A stretch of 62,387 bases of DNA, filler included. It is 5 parts of 5 records of this genome, joined end to end, with 100 filler letters (N's around TTAATTAATTAA, not from the genome) between each part and the next. Parts side by side here need not be neighbours in the genome. Positions count along the whole stretch, not along the records: positions 1 to 23,310 come from DRR723986_8960; positions 23,411 to 31,428 come from DRR723986_8966; 3 more parts are not named here. One strand, written 5' to 3'. A model generated the notes under the pieces. It had not been told where the DNA came from. It searched no databases and saw only the letters and a list, made by a program, of their open reading frames with translations. Positions 19,208-28,680 of this stretch are shown one piece after another. The translations under genes were made by a program, and so were the position numbers. Position 1 is the stretch's first letter. Each line of letters opens with the position of its first letter.

Positions 19208-20209
19208 ATGAAATCAGTCAAGAAACTGGCTGGAAGCGCGCTCGTCCTGAGCACTATACTTGCCGGCCCGGCTTTGGCTGCAGACGAGCAGACCATCACG
19301 ACGGTCGTGAAGGTTACCGGCGAAAACTGGTTCATCCGCATGAACGAAGGCGTCGATGCCTTCAATGCGGACAAGGAGGCTATCGACGCCACCCAGATCG
19401 GCCCGGCACAGGCCGATGCCGCTCAGCAGGCGCGCATCATCGAGGATCTGGTTGCCAAGGGCGTATCCGCGATCGCGGTAGTGCCGATGGATCCGTCCGC
19501 ACTGGAAGGCGTGCTGCGCCGTGCACAAGGCCGTGGCATCAAGGTCATCGCCCATGAAGGTGACAGCATCGTCAACGCGGATGCCGACATCGAAGCTTTC
19601 GACAACGCGGCGTTCGGCACCAAGATCAACGAAGGTCTGGCTGAATGCATGGGCGGTGAAGGCAAGTGGACGACCTTCGTCGGCTCGCTCGGCAGCCTGA
19701 CGCACAACCAGTGGGTTGATGCCGGTGCGGCCAACGCGGAAGCAAAGTATCCGGGCATGGAACTGGTTGCTGCGAAAAACGAATCCTTCAACGACGCCAA
19801 CAAGGCGTATGAGAAGGCCAAGGAAATCCTGCGCGCCTATCCGGACATCAAGGGTTTCCAGGGTTCCTCCGCAATCGACGTCATCGGCATCGGCCGTGCG
19901 ATCGAGGAAGCTGGCCGGTCTGATCAGACCTGCGTCTTCGGCCTGGGTCTGCCCAAGGACACCGGACCTTACCTGGAGACCGGCGCTGTCGACCGGATCT
20001 ACTTCTGGGATCCGAAGGATGCCGGCTACGTGATGAACGTCGTTTCGGAAAAGATCCTCAACGGCGAAGAAATCACCGATGGCGCCGACCTCGGCGTGCA
20101 GGGCTACAACTCGGTCAAGGTGAGCCAGGGTCCGGGCAAGGGCATCATCATTCAGGGTCAGGCCTGGGTTGATGTCGGCAAGGAAAACTACGGCGAATAC
20201 CCGTTCTGA
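19208..20209 (+). CDS. Sugar ABC transporter periplasmic binding protein (LsrB/AI-2-like subfamily)
   Basis: Signal peptide, VVKVTGENWF, DAAQQ..IIEDL, FWDP motif; strongly biased codon usage. Confidence 0.88.
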   Translation: MKSVKKLAGSALVLSTILAGPALAADEQTITTVVKVTGENWFIRMNEGVDAFNADKEAIDATQIGPAQADAAQQARIIEDLVAKGVSAIAVVPMDPSALEGVLRRAQGRGIKVIAHEGDSIVNADADIEAFDNAAFGTKINEGLAECMGGEGKWTTFVGSLGSLTHNQWVDAGAANAEAKYPGMELVAAKNESFNDANKAYEKAKEILRAYPDIKGFQGSSAIDVIGIGRAIEEAGRSDQTCVFGLGLPKDTGPYLETGAVDRIYFWDPKDAGYVMNVVSEKILNGEEITDGADLGVQGYNSVKVSQGPGKGIIIQGQAWVDVGKENYGEYPF

Positions 20210-20287
20210 TCCTCTGACACACGACTGCAAAACAGGGGGCGCGGGAACACCGCGTCCCCGAACCTATCGAATTCACAGGACGTCACC

Positions 20288-21892
20288 ATGCAGCCCCAGC
20301 CCGCTCAGTCTCAAAAGACAGGCACGGCGCCTTTTCTAGAGATCCGCAATGTGCGCAAGTCGTTCGGCGGCGTGCAGGCGCTGAAGGATGTCAGCGTCAC
20401 GCTTCATGCCGGACAGATCTACCATCTCATGGGTGAAAACGGCTGCGGCAAGTCCACGTTGATCAAGATCATCTCTGGCGCCCAACCGGCGACATCGGGA
20501 CAGATCTTCATCGATGGCGTGCAGACCGAAGGCGAGGTCGCAGGCGATCTCGGTGCCATCGGTGCCCTGCGTGCGGGCATCGAGACCGTCTATCAGGACC
20601 TTTCCCTACTCCCCAATCTGTCGGTTGCCGAAAATGTCGCCCTCACAGGTCAGCTCGTGGAGGCAGACGGCAGTCTCGCCCGGAGGCTGAAGTTGGGCGC
20701 GCTTTACGAAACTGCGGCCAAGGCTCTTGAGCAGGTTCATCTGCCGACGGACCGTGCCTTCCTGACGCGCAGAATTGACACGCTTCCTCTTGCAACCCGG
20801 CAGCTGGTCGCGATTGCTCGCGCCATTGCCGCAGAGGCACGGCTCGTCATCATGGATGAGCCGACCACTTCGCTCACTCGGCAGGAAGTGAACTACCTGC
20901 TTTCCGTCGTCCGGAAGCTTTTGGACAAGGGCGTGACGGTCCTGTTTGTGACGCACAAGCTCGACGAGGTGAAGTCGCTTGGTGGACACGCCATCATCAT
21001 GCGTGACGGTCAGAAGGTTGCCGAGCGCGACGTGACCACCACCAACAAGGCCGAAATCGGTCATCTGATGACCGGTCGCGAGATTTCCGAGGCCCGGTAT
21101 CGGACCGAACCGAAAATCGGCGATACACTGCTTCAGGTCGAAGGACTGAGCCAGGGACGTGCCTTCAAGAACCTCTCGTTCACGGTGCGCAAGGGGGAAA
21201 TTCTGGGTGTGACCGGCCTTCTGGATTCCGGCCGCAACGAGCTGGCCCTTGCGCTGTCCGGTGTCGTCCCGGCAGAGCGCGGCACGATCCGTCTGGACGG
21301 CCGGTCGGTTGCCCTGCGCTCACCGGCCGAAGCCATCAGGGAAGGCGTCGGCTATGTTCCCGAAGACCGCCTGACTGAAGGCCTGTTCCTGGAGAAATCC
21401 ATTCAGGACAACGTCACGTTGCCCGTGCTGAACAGGCTTCGCAATTTCTTCGGAATGATCAGCCAGCGCAAGGCGCGCAAGCTCTCCGAAGACCAGATCA
21501 CTGATCTTCAGGTGGTCGCGCCCGATGTCACGGTGCCGGTGCAGTCGCTTTCGGGCGGTAACCAGCAACGGGTTCTGATCGGACGCTGGCTCACCATCGA
21601 ACCACGCCTTCTGGTACTGCACGGCCCGACTGTCGGCGTCGATGTCGGCTCGAAGGACACGATCTTCCGCATCATTCAGCGTCTGGCGGACGACGGCATG
21701 GCTGTCGTGATCATTTCCGATGACCTTCCCGAGCTGCTGCAGAACTGCGACCGCATTCTCGTCATGCGACAGGGTGGGATCGTCGCAGATTATGCGGCCG
21801 AAGAGGTCGATGAAGACGGGATCTACCAGACAATGGCTGCAGGCCCGGCGACGGAAGCGCCGGCGAACATGGACGAGGAAGCCGCACAGTGA
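20288..21892 (+). CDS. Sugar ABC transporter ATP-binding protein (two NBDs)
   Basis: GENGCGKST, IMDEPT, VPEDR, LSGGNQQ. Confidence 0.95.
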   Translation: MQPQPAQSQKTGTAPFLEIRNVRKSFGGVQALKDVSVTLHAGQIYHLMGENGCGKSTLIKIISGAQPATSGQIFIDGVQTEGEVAGDLGAIGALRAGIETVYQDLSLLPNLSVAENVALTGQLVEADGSLARRLKLGALYETAAKALEQVHLPTDRAFLTRRIDTLPLATRQLVAIARAIAAEARLVIMDEPTTSLTRQEVNYLLSVVRKLLDKGVTVLFVTHKLDEVKSLGGHAIIMRDGQKVAERDVTTTNKAEIGHLMTGREISEARYRTEPKIGDTLLQVEGLSQGRAFKNLSFTVRKGEILGVTGLLDSGRNELALALSGVVPAERGTIRLDGRSVALRSPAEAIREGVGYVPEDRLTEGLFLEKSIQDNVTLPVLNRLRNFFGMISQRKARKLSEDQITDLQVVAPDVTVPVQSLSGGNQQRVLIGRWLTIEPRLLVLHGPTVGVDVGSKDTIFRIIQRLADDGMAVVIISDDLPELLQNCDRILVMRQGGIVADYAAEEVDEDGIYQTMAAGPATEAPANMDEEAAQ

Positions 21893-22908
21893 CCGACATG
21901 ACCCTTACCAACAGCAGACCCGGCGTGTTCAAGCGCATCTGGGATCTGATGGGCCGCAGACCGGAGCTGTTCACGCTTGCACTCGTCATCCTGACGGTGA
22001 TCGGCGTTGCGATTGCCAATCCGGACTTTCTGGCGGTCAACAACCTCTTCGACATTCTGCGAGCCTCGGTGGTCCGCGGCATCTTTGCGATGGGCGTGCT
22101 TGCCGTTCTTGCCGCCGGCGGGATCGATGTATCGTTTACCGCGATAGCAGCCTTCGTCATGTACGCGCTGACCATGCTGGTCACGAATGTGTTTCCGGGC
22201 ATGCCGATCTGGGTGATCCTGCCGCTGGCGGCCGCCGGAGGGGCTGCTTTCGGCGTGGTCAACGGGCTTCTGGTCCATGCGCTGCGCACGCCTTCGCTGA
22301 TCGTCACCATTGGCACCCAGTACTTCATTCGCAGTTTCCTGCTGACTTTCATCGGAACGGCCCTGTTCATGAATATTCCGGCCGCGATGGATGGCTTCGG
22401 GAAAGCCTCGCTGATCACGTGGCATGGCACCAATGGTGTCATCTCGACCCTGCCGGCAACAGTGCTGGTGCTGGTGGCCGCGGCTTTTGCGACCTGGTTC
22501 ATCCTCGAAAGAACGCTCATGGGACGGGCGATCTTTGCAGCTGGCGGCAATCCGGGCATTGCCGAGCGCCTCGGGTTCAATCTGTTCTATGTCAGGTTGT
22601 TCGTCTTCGGCTGGGCCGGCCTTCTGGCTGGTGTCGCTGGTATCGTGCATGTCGCTTCGAACCGGCTTGCCAACCCGTTCGACCTTGCAGGCATGGAACT
22701 GGAAATCATCGCGGCAGTGGTGCTCGGCGGCGCCAAGATCACCGGCGGTTCGGGAACCGTGGTCGGCACACTGCTCGGCGTCGTCCTGATCACGCTGGTC
22801 AGCAACGTTCTTGTCTTCATCGGTATCCCCAGCACGCTTCAGCTCGCCATCATCGGCGCCTTCATCCTGCTGGCGGGCACGATCTTCGCATTGCGCAACC
22901 GCGCCTGA
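21889..22908 (+). CDS. Monosaccharide ABC transporter permease
   Basis: GGIDVSF, GGNPGIAERLG, ELEIIAAVVLGG. Confidence 0.92.
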   Translation: MTDMTLTNSRPGVFKRIWDLMGRRPELFTLALVILTVIGVAIANPDFLAVNNLFDILRASVVRGIFAMGVLAVLAAGGIDVSFTAIAAFVMYALTMLVTNVFPGMPIWVILPLAAAGGAAFGVVNGLLVHALRTPSLIVTIGTQYFIRSFLLTFIGTALFMNIPAAMDGFGKASLITWHGTNGVISTLPATVLVLVAAAFATWFILERTLMGRAIFAAGGNPGIAERLGFNLFYVRLFVFGWAGLLAGVAGIVHVASNRLANPFDLAGMELEIIAAVVLGGAKITGGSGTVVGTLLGVVLITLVSNVLVFIGIPSTLQLAIIGAFILLAGTIFALRNRA

Positions 22909-22931
22909 AACATACTTTCCCGGGAGGAAAA

Positions 22932-23310
22932 ATGAGCCACGATGCTGCTGTCATAGGCCTTTACATTCTTGACGTTCTCGGTCGGCCAGTCGATGCGATC
23001 CCCGAGGGCGGCAACGTCGAGTTCATCGACGAAATTCGGTTGACCGTTGCCGGTACCGCGGGCGGTACTGTGATCGATCTGGCGAAACTCGGACTGAACT
23101 GTCTGGCCGTGGGAGCCGTAGGCGACGATGAAAAGGCCGACTTCGTGCTGTCGACGCTCAACCGGTTCAAGGTCGACACCAGCCTGATGCAGCGGCTCGA
23201 GGGCGTACCGACTTCGGCAACCATCCTGAACGTGCGCCGCAACGGTGACCGTCCGGCCCTGCACCAGCGCGGCGCGTCCGATCATTTCGATGTCCCCGCC
23301 GACATGCTTG
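22932..23310 (+). CDS. PfkB/ribokinase-family sugar kinase, 5' part (truncated by contig end)
   Basis: MSHDAAVIGLYILDVLG, AGTAGGT..DLAKLG, GAVGDD; GGAGG RBS. Confidence 0.88.
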
Positions 23311-23410
23311 NNNNNNNNNNNNNNNNNNNNNNNNNNNNNNNNNNNNNNNNNNNNTTAATTAATTAANNNNNNNNNNNNNNNNNNNNNNNNNNNNNNNNNN
23401 NNNNNNNNNN
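23311..23410. other. Artificial contig linker
   Basis: 44 N + TTAATTAATTAA (stops in all six frames) + 44 N. Confidence 0.98.
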
Positions 23411-24343
23411 GATGAACAGCTTGCCGATGATCTTGCGCTTTGTTTCAGGATCGGATTGCCCCTCAAGCTCGCCCAGGAACAAGTCCTGTTCGTCTGCGTG
23501 GATCAGCGCCATGTTGTAGTTGTCGCGGAACATGGTGACGACCTCTTCGGCCTCGCCCTTGCGCAACAAGCCATGGTCAACAAACACACAAGTTAGCTGA
23601 TCGCCAATCGCTTCGTGAATCAACACAGCCGCGACTGAGCTATCAACGCCACCGGACAGACCACAGATCACCTGCTTGTCGCCAACCTGTTCACGGATCG
23701 CTTCTACCATCTGTTCGCGATACGCGCCCATGGTCCAGTCACCGGAAAACCCTGCCAGTTTGACAAAGTTTTCGTACAGCTTTGCGCCATTGGGGGTGTG
23801 GTGCACCTCAGGGTGGAACTGAACCGCATAGAAATTGCGCGCAATGTCAGCCGTGATCGCATACGGCGCATTCGGGGATGTGCCATACACTTCAAAGCCG
23901 GGCGCGATTTCACTGACGTGATCACCGTGGCTCATCCAGACCTGTTCATCGCCATCAGAGAACCAGCCGCCCAGAATGCCCAACTGTTCTTTGGTCGGGG
24001 TCACATAGGCGCGCCCAAATTCAGCTGTACCGTGCCCGGATTCAACCTTGCCACCCAACTGGTGCATCATCACCTGCTGGCCATAGCAAATGCCGAGAAT
24101 GGGCAGACCCATCTCAAACACCTCTTGTGGCACGCGCGGACTGCCGTCACGGGTCACGCTGTCTGGGCCACCGGAAAAGATCACGGCCTTGGGCGCCATT
24201 TCGCGCACAAAGTCAGCAGTGACTTTCTGATAGGGGTGGATTTCGCAATAAACGTTCAGCTCACGCAGGCGACGCGCAATAAGCTGCGTAACCTGGCTGC
24301 CGAAGTCTATGATCAAAAGGCGGTCATGGGATGTCTGGCTCAT
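23411..24343 (-). CDS. guaA: GMP synthase (glutamine-hydrolysing), 5' part, truncated by contig end
   Basis: [53 protein letters not shown]. Confidence 0.97.
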
Positions 24344-24406
24344 GCAACAGGCTCTTATGATGCAAGGCGGTTTTGCGCAAGAGCTTTGCAGCATTGCGCA
24401 ACCTGA

Positions 24407-25087
24407 TCACCCCATCGAGGCAGACGGATCAACGCCCCGCTTTTTGGCGCGCTGCCTGTCCGATTGATAGCTCCAGATCGCAAGGACTGAAATCGCACCA
24501 ACATAAAGCACACCCAAACCCACCATGACGACACCCGGCACCGGGCCAACCGCAGCCCGGCCCAGCGCCTGTTCCAAACTTTGTGCAGGTCCGGGGTGAA
24601 TGGTGACTTTACCAGCAAATGCGATGGCCTGAATCAGCAGGATCCACAGATAGTTACGCCGGATACGACGGCCCAGCGCGCTGAGGTAGGTCACGTGGTA
24701 AACGGGTCGTAGGTAATCCTCGGCCAGAACCTTTTGCCAATTCTCTTCCATGTGCAGATCGCCATCATGCAGCAGCGGGGCATAGAAATGCGTTTCCATC
24801 CACCGCGACCGCGCGCGCCATACATTGAAATAACGATAGCGACGGGCCTCCATCGCTAAAAAGAACAGCATCAAAATGCCAACCAATACCAAAGGCAGCG
24901 GCGATGCCCCGGGTGATGCAAACGAAATCGACAAGGCAACCCCCAAAGTCACGACCGCCCAATTGGTCGTGGTATCCAAGCGGGTACGCCAAATTGTGCT
25001 GCGGTACACTTCTCCGCGATATAAGTGAGCAATCGCACCGATTTCAGCTGCGCTAAGAGTTTTGCGCTCGGAGTCTGTTTCGCTCAT
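24407..25087 (-). CDS. DUF2270-like membrane protein
   Basis: AHLYRGEVYRSTIWRTRLDTTTNWAV, EARRYRYF motifs recognised from memory of this family. Confidence 0.75.
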   Translation of the reverse strand: MSETDSERKTLSAAEIGAIAHLYRGEVYRSTIWRTRLDTTTNWAVVTLGVALSISFASPGASPLPLVLVGILMLFFLAMEARRYRYFNVWRARSRWMETHFYAPLLHDGDLHMEENWQKVLAEDYLRPVYHVTYLSALGRRIRRNYLWILLIQAIAFAGKVTIHPGPAQSLEQALGRAAVGPVPGVVMVGLGVLYVGAISVLAIWSYQSDRQRAKKRGVDPSASMG

Positions 25088-25325
25088 GTCTTGGATCCAT
25101 CTGGTTTTGGTGAGTCAGAAGTACAACTGAGTTGAAAGGGGTATGAAGCTCTTAGGGAGTGCTGAAAATTTAAGCAATACAAGGATGGAACAAGGCCTTG
25201 TCGTTTCGAACCCCGCAACATGTCGCTTTTCCCCCCGATGCGCCGTTATCCACATTCGAAAGCTGAACAGATTGGGGTATCACATCTGTCAAACGCAATT
25301 CCGTACCAATCCGGGAGACGACCCT

Positions 25326-26870
25326 ATGACAGAGGCAACTACACGCCGTAGATCACGTGGCGGCGGCGGGGCCGCGCGCCGCGCCGAACGCACGGCTGTC
25401 ACCATTGAAACCGCCAAGTACATCGAACGCAATATTCCCAACTTCGAAGTTCTGACCGAAGAAGCGCTCGATATCATTGAGGCAAACGCTGAAACCATTC
25501 TGGAAGAAGTGGGCGTCAACTTTGTTGATAATCCCGCCGCTCTGGACCGGTGGCGCGAAGCTGGCGCGAACGTCACAGGCGAACGTGTCCGCATCCCACG
25601 TGGTCTGGCCAAGAAACTGTGTTCAACTGCGCCCAAGCAGTTTACGCAGCACGCGCGCAACCCTGAAAAGTCGGTTGTGATCGGTGGCAAGAACATGGTG
25701 TTGGCGCCAGTATATGGTCCTCCGTTCGTGCGTGACGCCGAAGGCGGCCGCCGCTACGCGACCATGAACGATTTCCAAAAGTTCGTGAAACTGGGCTACA
25801 TGTCCAAATGGCTGCACCACTCAGGTGGGACAGTTTGTGAACCAACAGATGTGCCGGTGAACAAGCGTCACTTGGATATGTTGCTGGCGCACATGACCCT
25901 GAGCGACAAGCCGTTCATGGGATCTGTGACCGAACCCAGCCGTGCGCAAGACTCGGTCGAGATGTGTGAAATCTTGTTTGGCAAAGAGTTCGTGCAGGAA
26001 AACACCGTGATGACCTCGCTCATCAACATCAATTCGCCGATGACCTTCGACGATGTGATGATGGGCGCAATGGAAATCTATGCCAAGAACAATCAGGCCT
26101 GCATCGTGTCGCCCTTTATCGTTGGCGGGGCAATGGCTCCGGTTTCGGTCGCGGGCACCCTGACGCAGGTGATGGCGGAATGCCTTGCCGGTATCGCCTA
26201 TAACCAGCTGTGCCGTCCCGGTGCTCCGGTGATCATGGGCGCGATGGTGACCTCGATCGACATGAACTCTGGTGCACCGACTTTTGGCACCCCAGAGGCG
26301 TCGCACATTACTTATGGTGCTGGTCAGCTGGCCCGCCGTCTGGGCCTGCCGTTCCGATCAGCCGGTTCGTTCTGTGGCTCGAAACTGCCCGATGCCCAAG
26401 CCGCCTATGAAACTGCCAACTCGCTCAACATGGGTCTGTTGTCTGGTGTGAACTTCATGCTGCACTCATGCGGCTGGCTCGAAGGTGGTCTGGTTGCCGA
26501 TTTCGAAAAGTTCGTGATGGATGCCGACCAACTTGGCACGCTTCATGGTTTGGCCAAAGGCGTCCAGATGGACGAGGACGCACAGGCCATGGACGCCATC
26601 CGCGAAGTCGGCCCCGGTGGTCACTACCTGGGCTGCGAACACACGCAAAAGAACTTCAAATCGGCGTTCTGGAAATCCGACCTGCTGGATTACAAACCGT
26701 TCGAAACCTGGGAAGAGGAAGGCGCGCGCGATACGCGAACCCTTGCAACCCAGCGGGTACAGACCTTGTTGACCAACTATCAGCAGCCACCTCTTGATCC
26801 GGCGATTGCACAGGCGCTGGCAGATTACGTGGCTGAAAAGAAAGCCTCGATGCCCGACGCCTTCATGTAA
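25326..26870 (+). CDS. Trimethylamine methyltransferase (MttB) superfamily protein, non-pyrrolysine type
   Basis: Arg/Gly-rich N-terminus, CEPTDVPVNKRHLD, SDKPFMG, GAMAPVS, SGAPTFGTPE, SKLPDAQA, GWLEGGL; no in-frame amber codon. Confidence 0.9.
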   Translation: MTEATTRRRSRGGGGAARRAERTAVTIETAKYIERNIPNFEVLTEEALDIIEANAETILEEVGVNFVDNPAALDRWREAGANVTGERVRIPRGLAKKLCSTAPKQFTQHARNPEKSVVIGGKNMVLAPVYGPPFVRDAEGGRRYATMNDFQKFVKLGYMSKWLHHSGGTVCEPTDVPVNKRHLDMLLAHMTLSDKPFMGSVTEPSRAQDSVEMCEILFGKEFVQENTVMTSLININSPMTFDDVMMGAMEIYAKNNQACIVSPFIVGGAMAPVSVAGTLTQVMAECLAGIAYNQLCRPGAPVIMGAMVTSIDMNSGAPTFGTPEASHITYGAGQLARRLGLPFRSAGSFCGSKLPDAQAAYETANSLNMGLLSGVNFMLHSCGWLEGGLVADFEKFVMDADQLGTLHGLAKGVQMDEDAQAMDAIREVGPGGHYLGCEHTQKNFKSAFWKSDLLDYKPFETWEEEGARDTRTLATQRVQTLLTNYQQPPLDPAIAQALADYVAEKKASMPDAFM

Positions 26871-26906
26871 ACCAATCAAAGGGTCCGTTGCCTCAGCGCG
26901 GACCCT

Positions 26907-27206
26907 TTATTGCACGACCGAGGCGCGGTTGGCCCGCAAAAGCTGCGCTTCTCCCATCATGGCGATCATCAGATCCACATGCCGGGTCAGGGAATAGCCG
27001 GCATCGTTTTCGCGCCGCTGTTCGTTCAGACCCCGTTCCAACTCCATCAACCGCATCAAGGCCGCCGCAGGGCCGGGAAGGCTGCCATAGCCCAGGATCC
27101 GTTGCAGATGACGGGACCGGTTATAGTCCTGCTGCCCAAAGCGGGCCGCCCGGATCAACAGCTGGGGACGGCGCAGGGCGGAAAGCATGCTCATTACATC
27201 TTGCAT
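26907..27206 (-). CDS. Small protein divergent from gafA (DUF6477 / rcc01866-like GTA accessory factor)
   Basis: LRRPQLLIRAARFG..DYNRSRHL...YSLTRHVDLMIAMMGEA, typical of the partner gene beside gafA. Confidence 0.75.
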   Translation of the reverse strand: MQDVMSMLSALRRPQLLIRAARFGQQDYNRSRHLQRILGYGSLPGPAAALMRLMELERGLNEQRRENDAGYSLTRHVDLMIAMMGEAQLLRANRASVVQ

Positions 27207-27348
27207 ATTGTGTCCTTTCAGAGGAGATCAGATTTCTGCCACAGTTGTGTCACAACTTTGCCGGGTGTTGCCCGGGGCGCGATACCACCGTGCGCTGCTT
27301 TCATCACTGTTTATGATTTGGAAACAATATTGGGTAACACGGCAGAAA

Positions 27349-27414
27349 TTAACGAATGAGTAACTAGTGCAGCCCTAGGTTGTGTGAGTAACTCGAGGAT
27401 AACTGCTGGATAAC
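27349..27414. promoter_or_regulatory. CtrA-like binding sites in the gafA promoter
   Basis: TTAA-cgaatga-GTAAC (27349-27364), one mismatch from TTAA-N7-TTAAC, plus TAAC repeats at 11-bp spacing (27389, 27400, 27411). Confidence 0.55.
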
Positions 27415-27448
27415 AGGGTCAGTTCTTTTGCCATTAAGGATGCGACAC

Positions 27449-28606
27449 ATGGATGAAGTTTCCGCATTTTCCGTGCCTGGTTGGGTTCCCCAAGGTGCAC
27501 AGCGTTACTTGGCGCACACAGAGGCCGGGCGATCCATTCGTGATCTGGCCCGGGGGGCGGGGTGTCATGCCTCGACTGTGTTGCGACAGATCAGACGAGT
27601 AGAAATGCGGCGCGATGATCCTTTGGTGGACGCAGCCCTGCAAGCACTGGCTGCCGCCCATTTCCCTCCGCTTAAGGGTAAACCGGTAACGGCTCGCCGA
27701 GCGGGGGCCAGAACAAAGGTTGCCCCTTCCATGACCCCAGACCCCTCGCGCACCGAAGATACACCTGATTCCGACACCTTTGATCGCGAAGCCATGCGCG
27801 TCCTGCGCCGCCTGTGTGAATCTGGTGCCGTGCTAGCCGTTGCCGAAGATATGGACCGGGCGGTTGTTGTGCGCGATGACGGGCAGGGTGCAAATACCCG
27901 CACCGCCGTTGTCGAATGCGCGATTGCACAGGCTCTGGCGCTGAAAGACTGGATTTCCTGCGACAAACCGGGACGTATCAGCCGCTATCACATCACCTCA
28001 GCCGGACGCACCGCGCTGGGGCATATTCTGGCTAAGGCCGAAAATCAGGCGCGCGCTGAGAACGAAGGGGGCTTTGCAGAATCCCAAACCCCGTTTGGCG
28101 CGCAACACCGTATCATGGGCGAAAAAACCGTCGCGGGCGAGGCAGGCGAACGATCCCGCCGCGTGCGCTACAACATGGCGGAAAGCCCGTTGATCGCCCT
28201 TGCACGCCGCAAAGACCGGGACGGTCAACCGTTTCTTGACGAGGCGATGGTGCGCGCCGGCGAACGTCTGCGCGAAGATTTCGAACTGGCCCAGATGGGG
28301 CCAAACGTCACTCAAAACTGGGATCGGTTCCTCACCGGTGGCGGGCGCAACACCTTTGATTCTTCGGGTACCCCATGCGAAGGCCCGGCAGATGCCCGCA
28401 ATCGCGTGGCTCAAGCGCTGTCCGATCTCGGGCCGGGACTCAGCGACGTGGCTTTGCGCTGCTGCTGTTACCTCGAAGGGTTAGAATTGGCGGAAAAGCG
28501 GATGGGATGGTCGGCGCGGTCCGGCAAAATCGTCCTGCGCATCGCCTTGCAACGACTGAAACGCCACTACGAAGAACTCACTGAATCAGATCGTATGATT
28601 GGATAA
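27449..28606 (+). CDS. gafA: GafA-like gene transfer agent activation factor (DUF6456 protein)
   Basis: N-terminal HTH (YLAHTEAGRSIRDLAR..GCHASTVLRQIRRVE.RRDDPLVD), ESPL..LARR, AGERLREDFELAQMG, C-terminal CCYLEGLE.AEKRMGWSARSGKIVLRIALQRL; near guaA. Start chosen after AAGGA. Confidence 0.85.
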   Translation: MDEVSAFSVPGWVPQGAQRYLAHTEAGRSIRDLARGAGCHASTVLRQIRRVEMRRDDPLVDAALQALAAAHFPPLKGKPVTARRAGARTKVAPSMTPDPSRTEDTPDSDTFDREAMRVLRRLCESGAVLAVAEDMDRAVVVRDDGQGANTRTAVVECAIAQALALKDWISCDKPGRISRYHITSAGRTALGHILAKAENQARAENEGGFAESQTPFGAQHRIMGEKTVAGEAGERSRRVRYNMAESPLIALARRKDRDGQPFLDEAMVRAGERLREDFELAQMGPNVTQNWDRFLTGGGRNTFDSSGTPCEGPADARNRVAQALSDLGPGLSDVALRCCCYLEGLELAEKRMGWSARSGKIVLRIALQRLKRHYEELTESDRMIG

Positions 28607-28635
28607 AATCCCTCCCTGATTTATCCGATTAGACA

Positions 28636-28675
28636 AACCCGCCGCCGCACAGATATGCAGCGGCGGGTTCTTTTT
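28636..28675 (+). terminator. Rho-independent terminator between convergent gafA and catalase
   Basis: AACCCGCCGCCGCA-cagata-TGCAGCGGCGGGTT followed by CTTTTT. Confidence 0.75.
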
Positions 28676-28680
28676 ATGGA

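Noticed and set aside
21720-22931. 548-aa ORF apparently extending the PfkB kinase far upstream
   Set aside because: The upstream part overlaps the permease in another frame; the real start is ATG 22932 after GGAGG.
23355-23366. TTAATTAATTAA repeated four times within N runs, resembling a repeat or CtrA-like site
   Set aside because: Synthetic six-frame-stop linker with identical N padding; not biological.
25326-26870. Pyrrolysine recoding in the MttB homolog
   Set aside because: The ORF has no in-frame TAG and no pyl genes are present.
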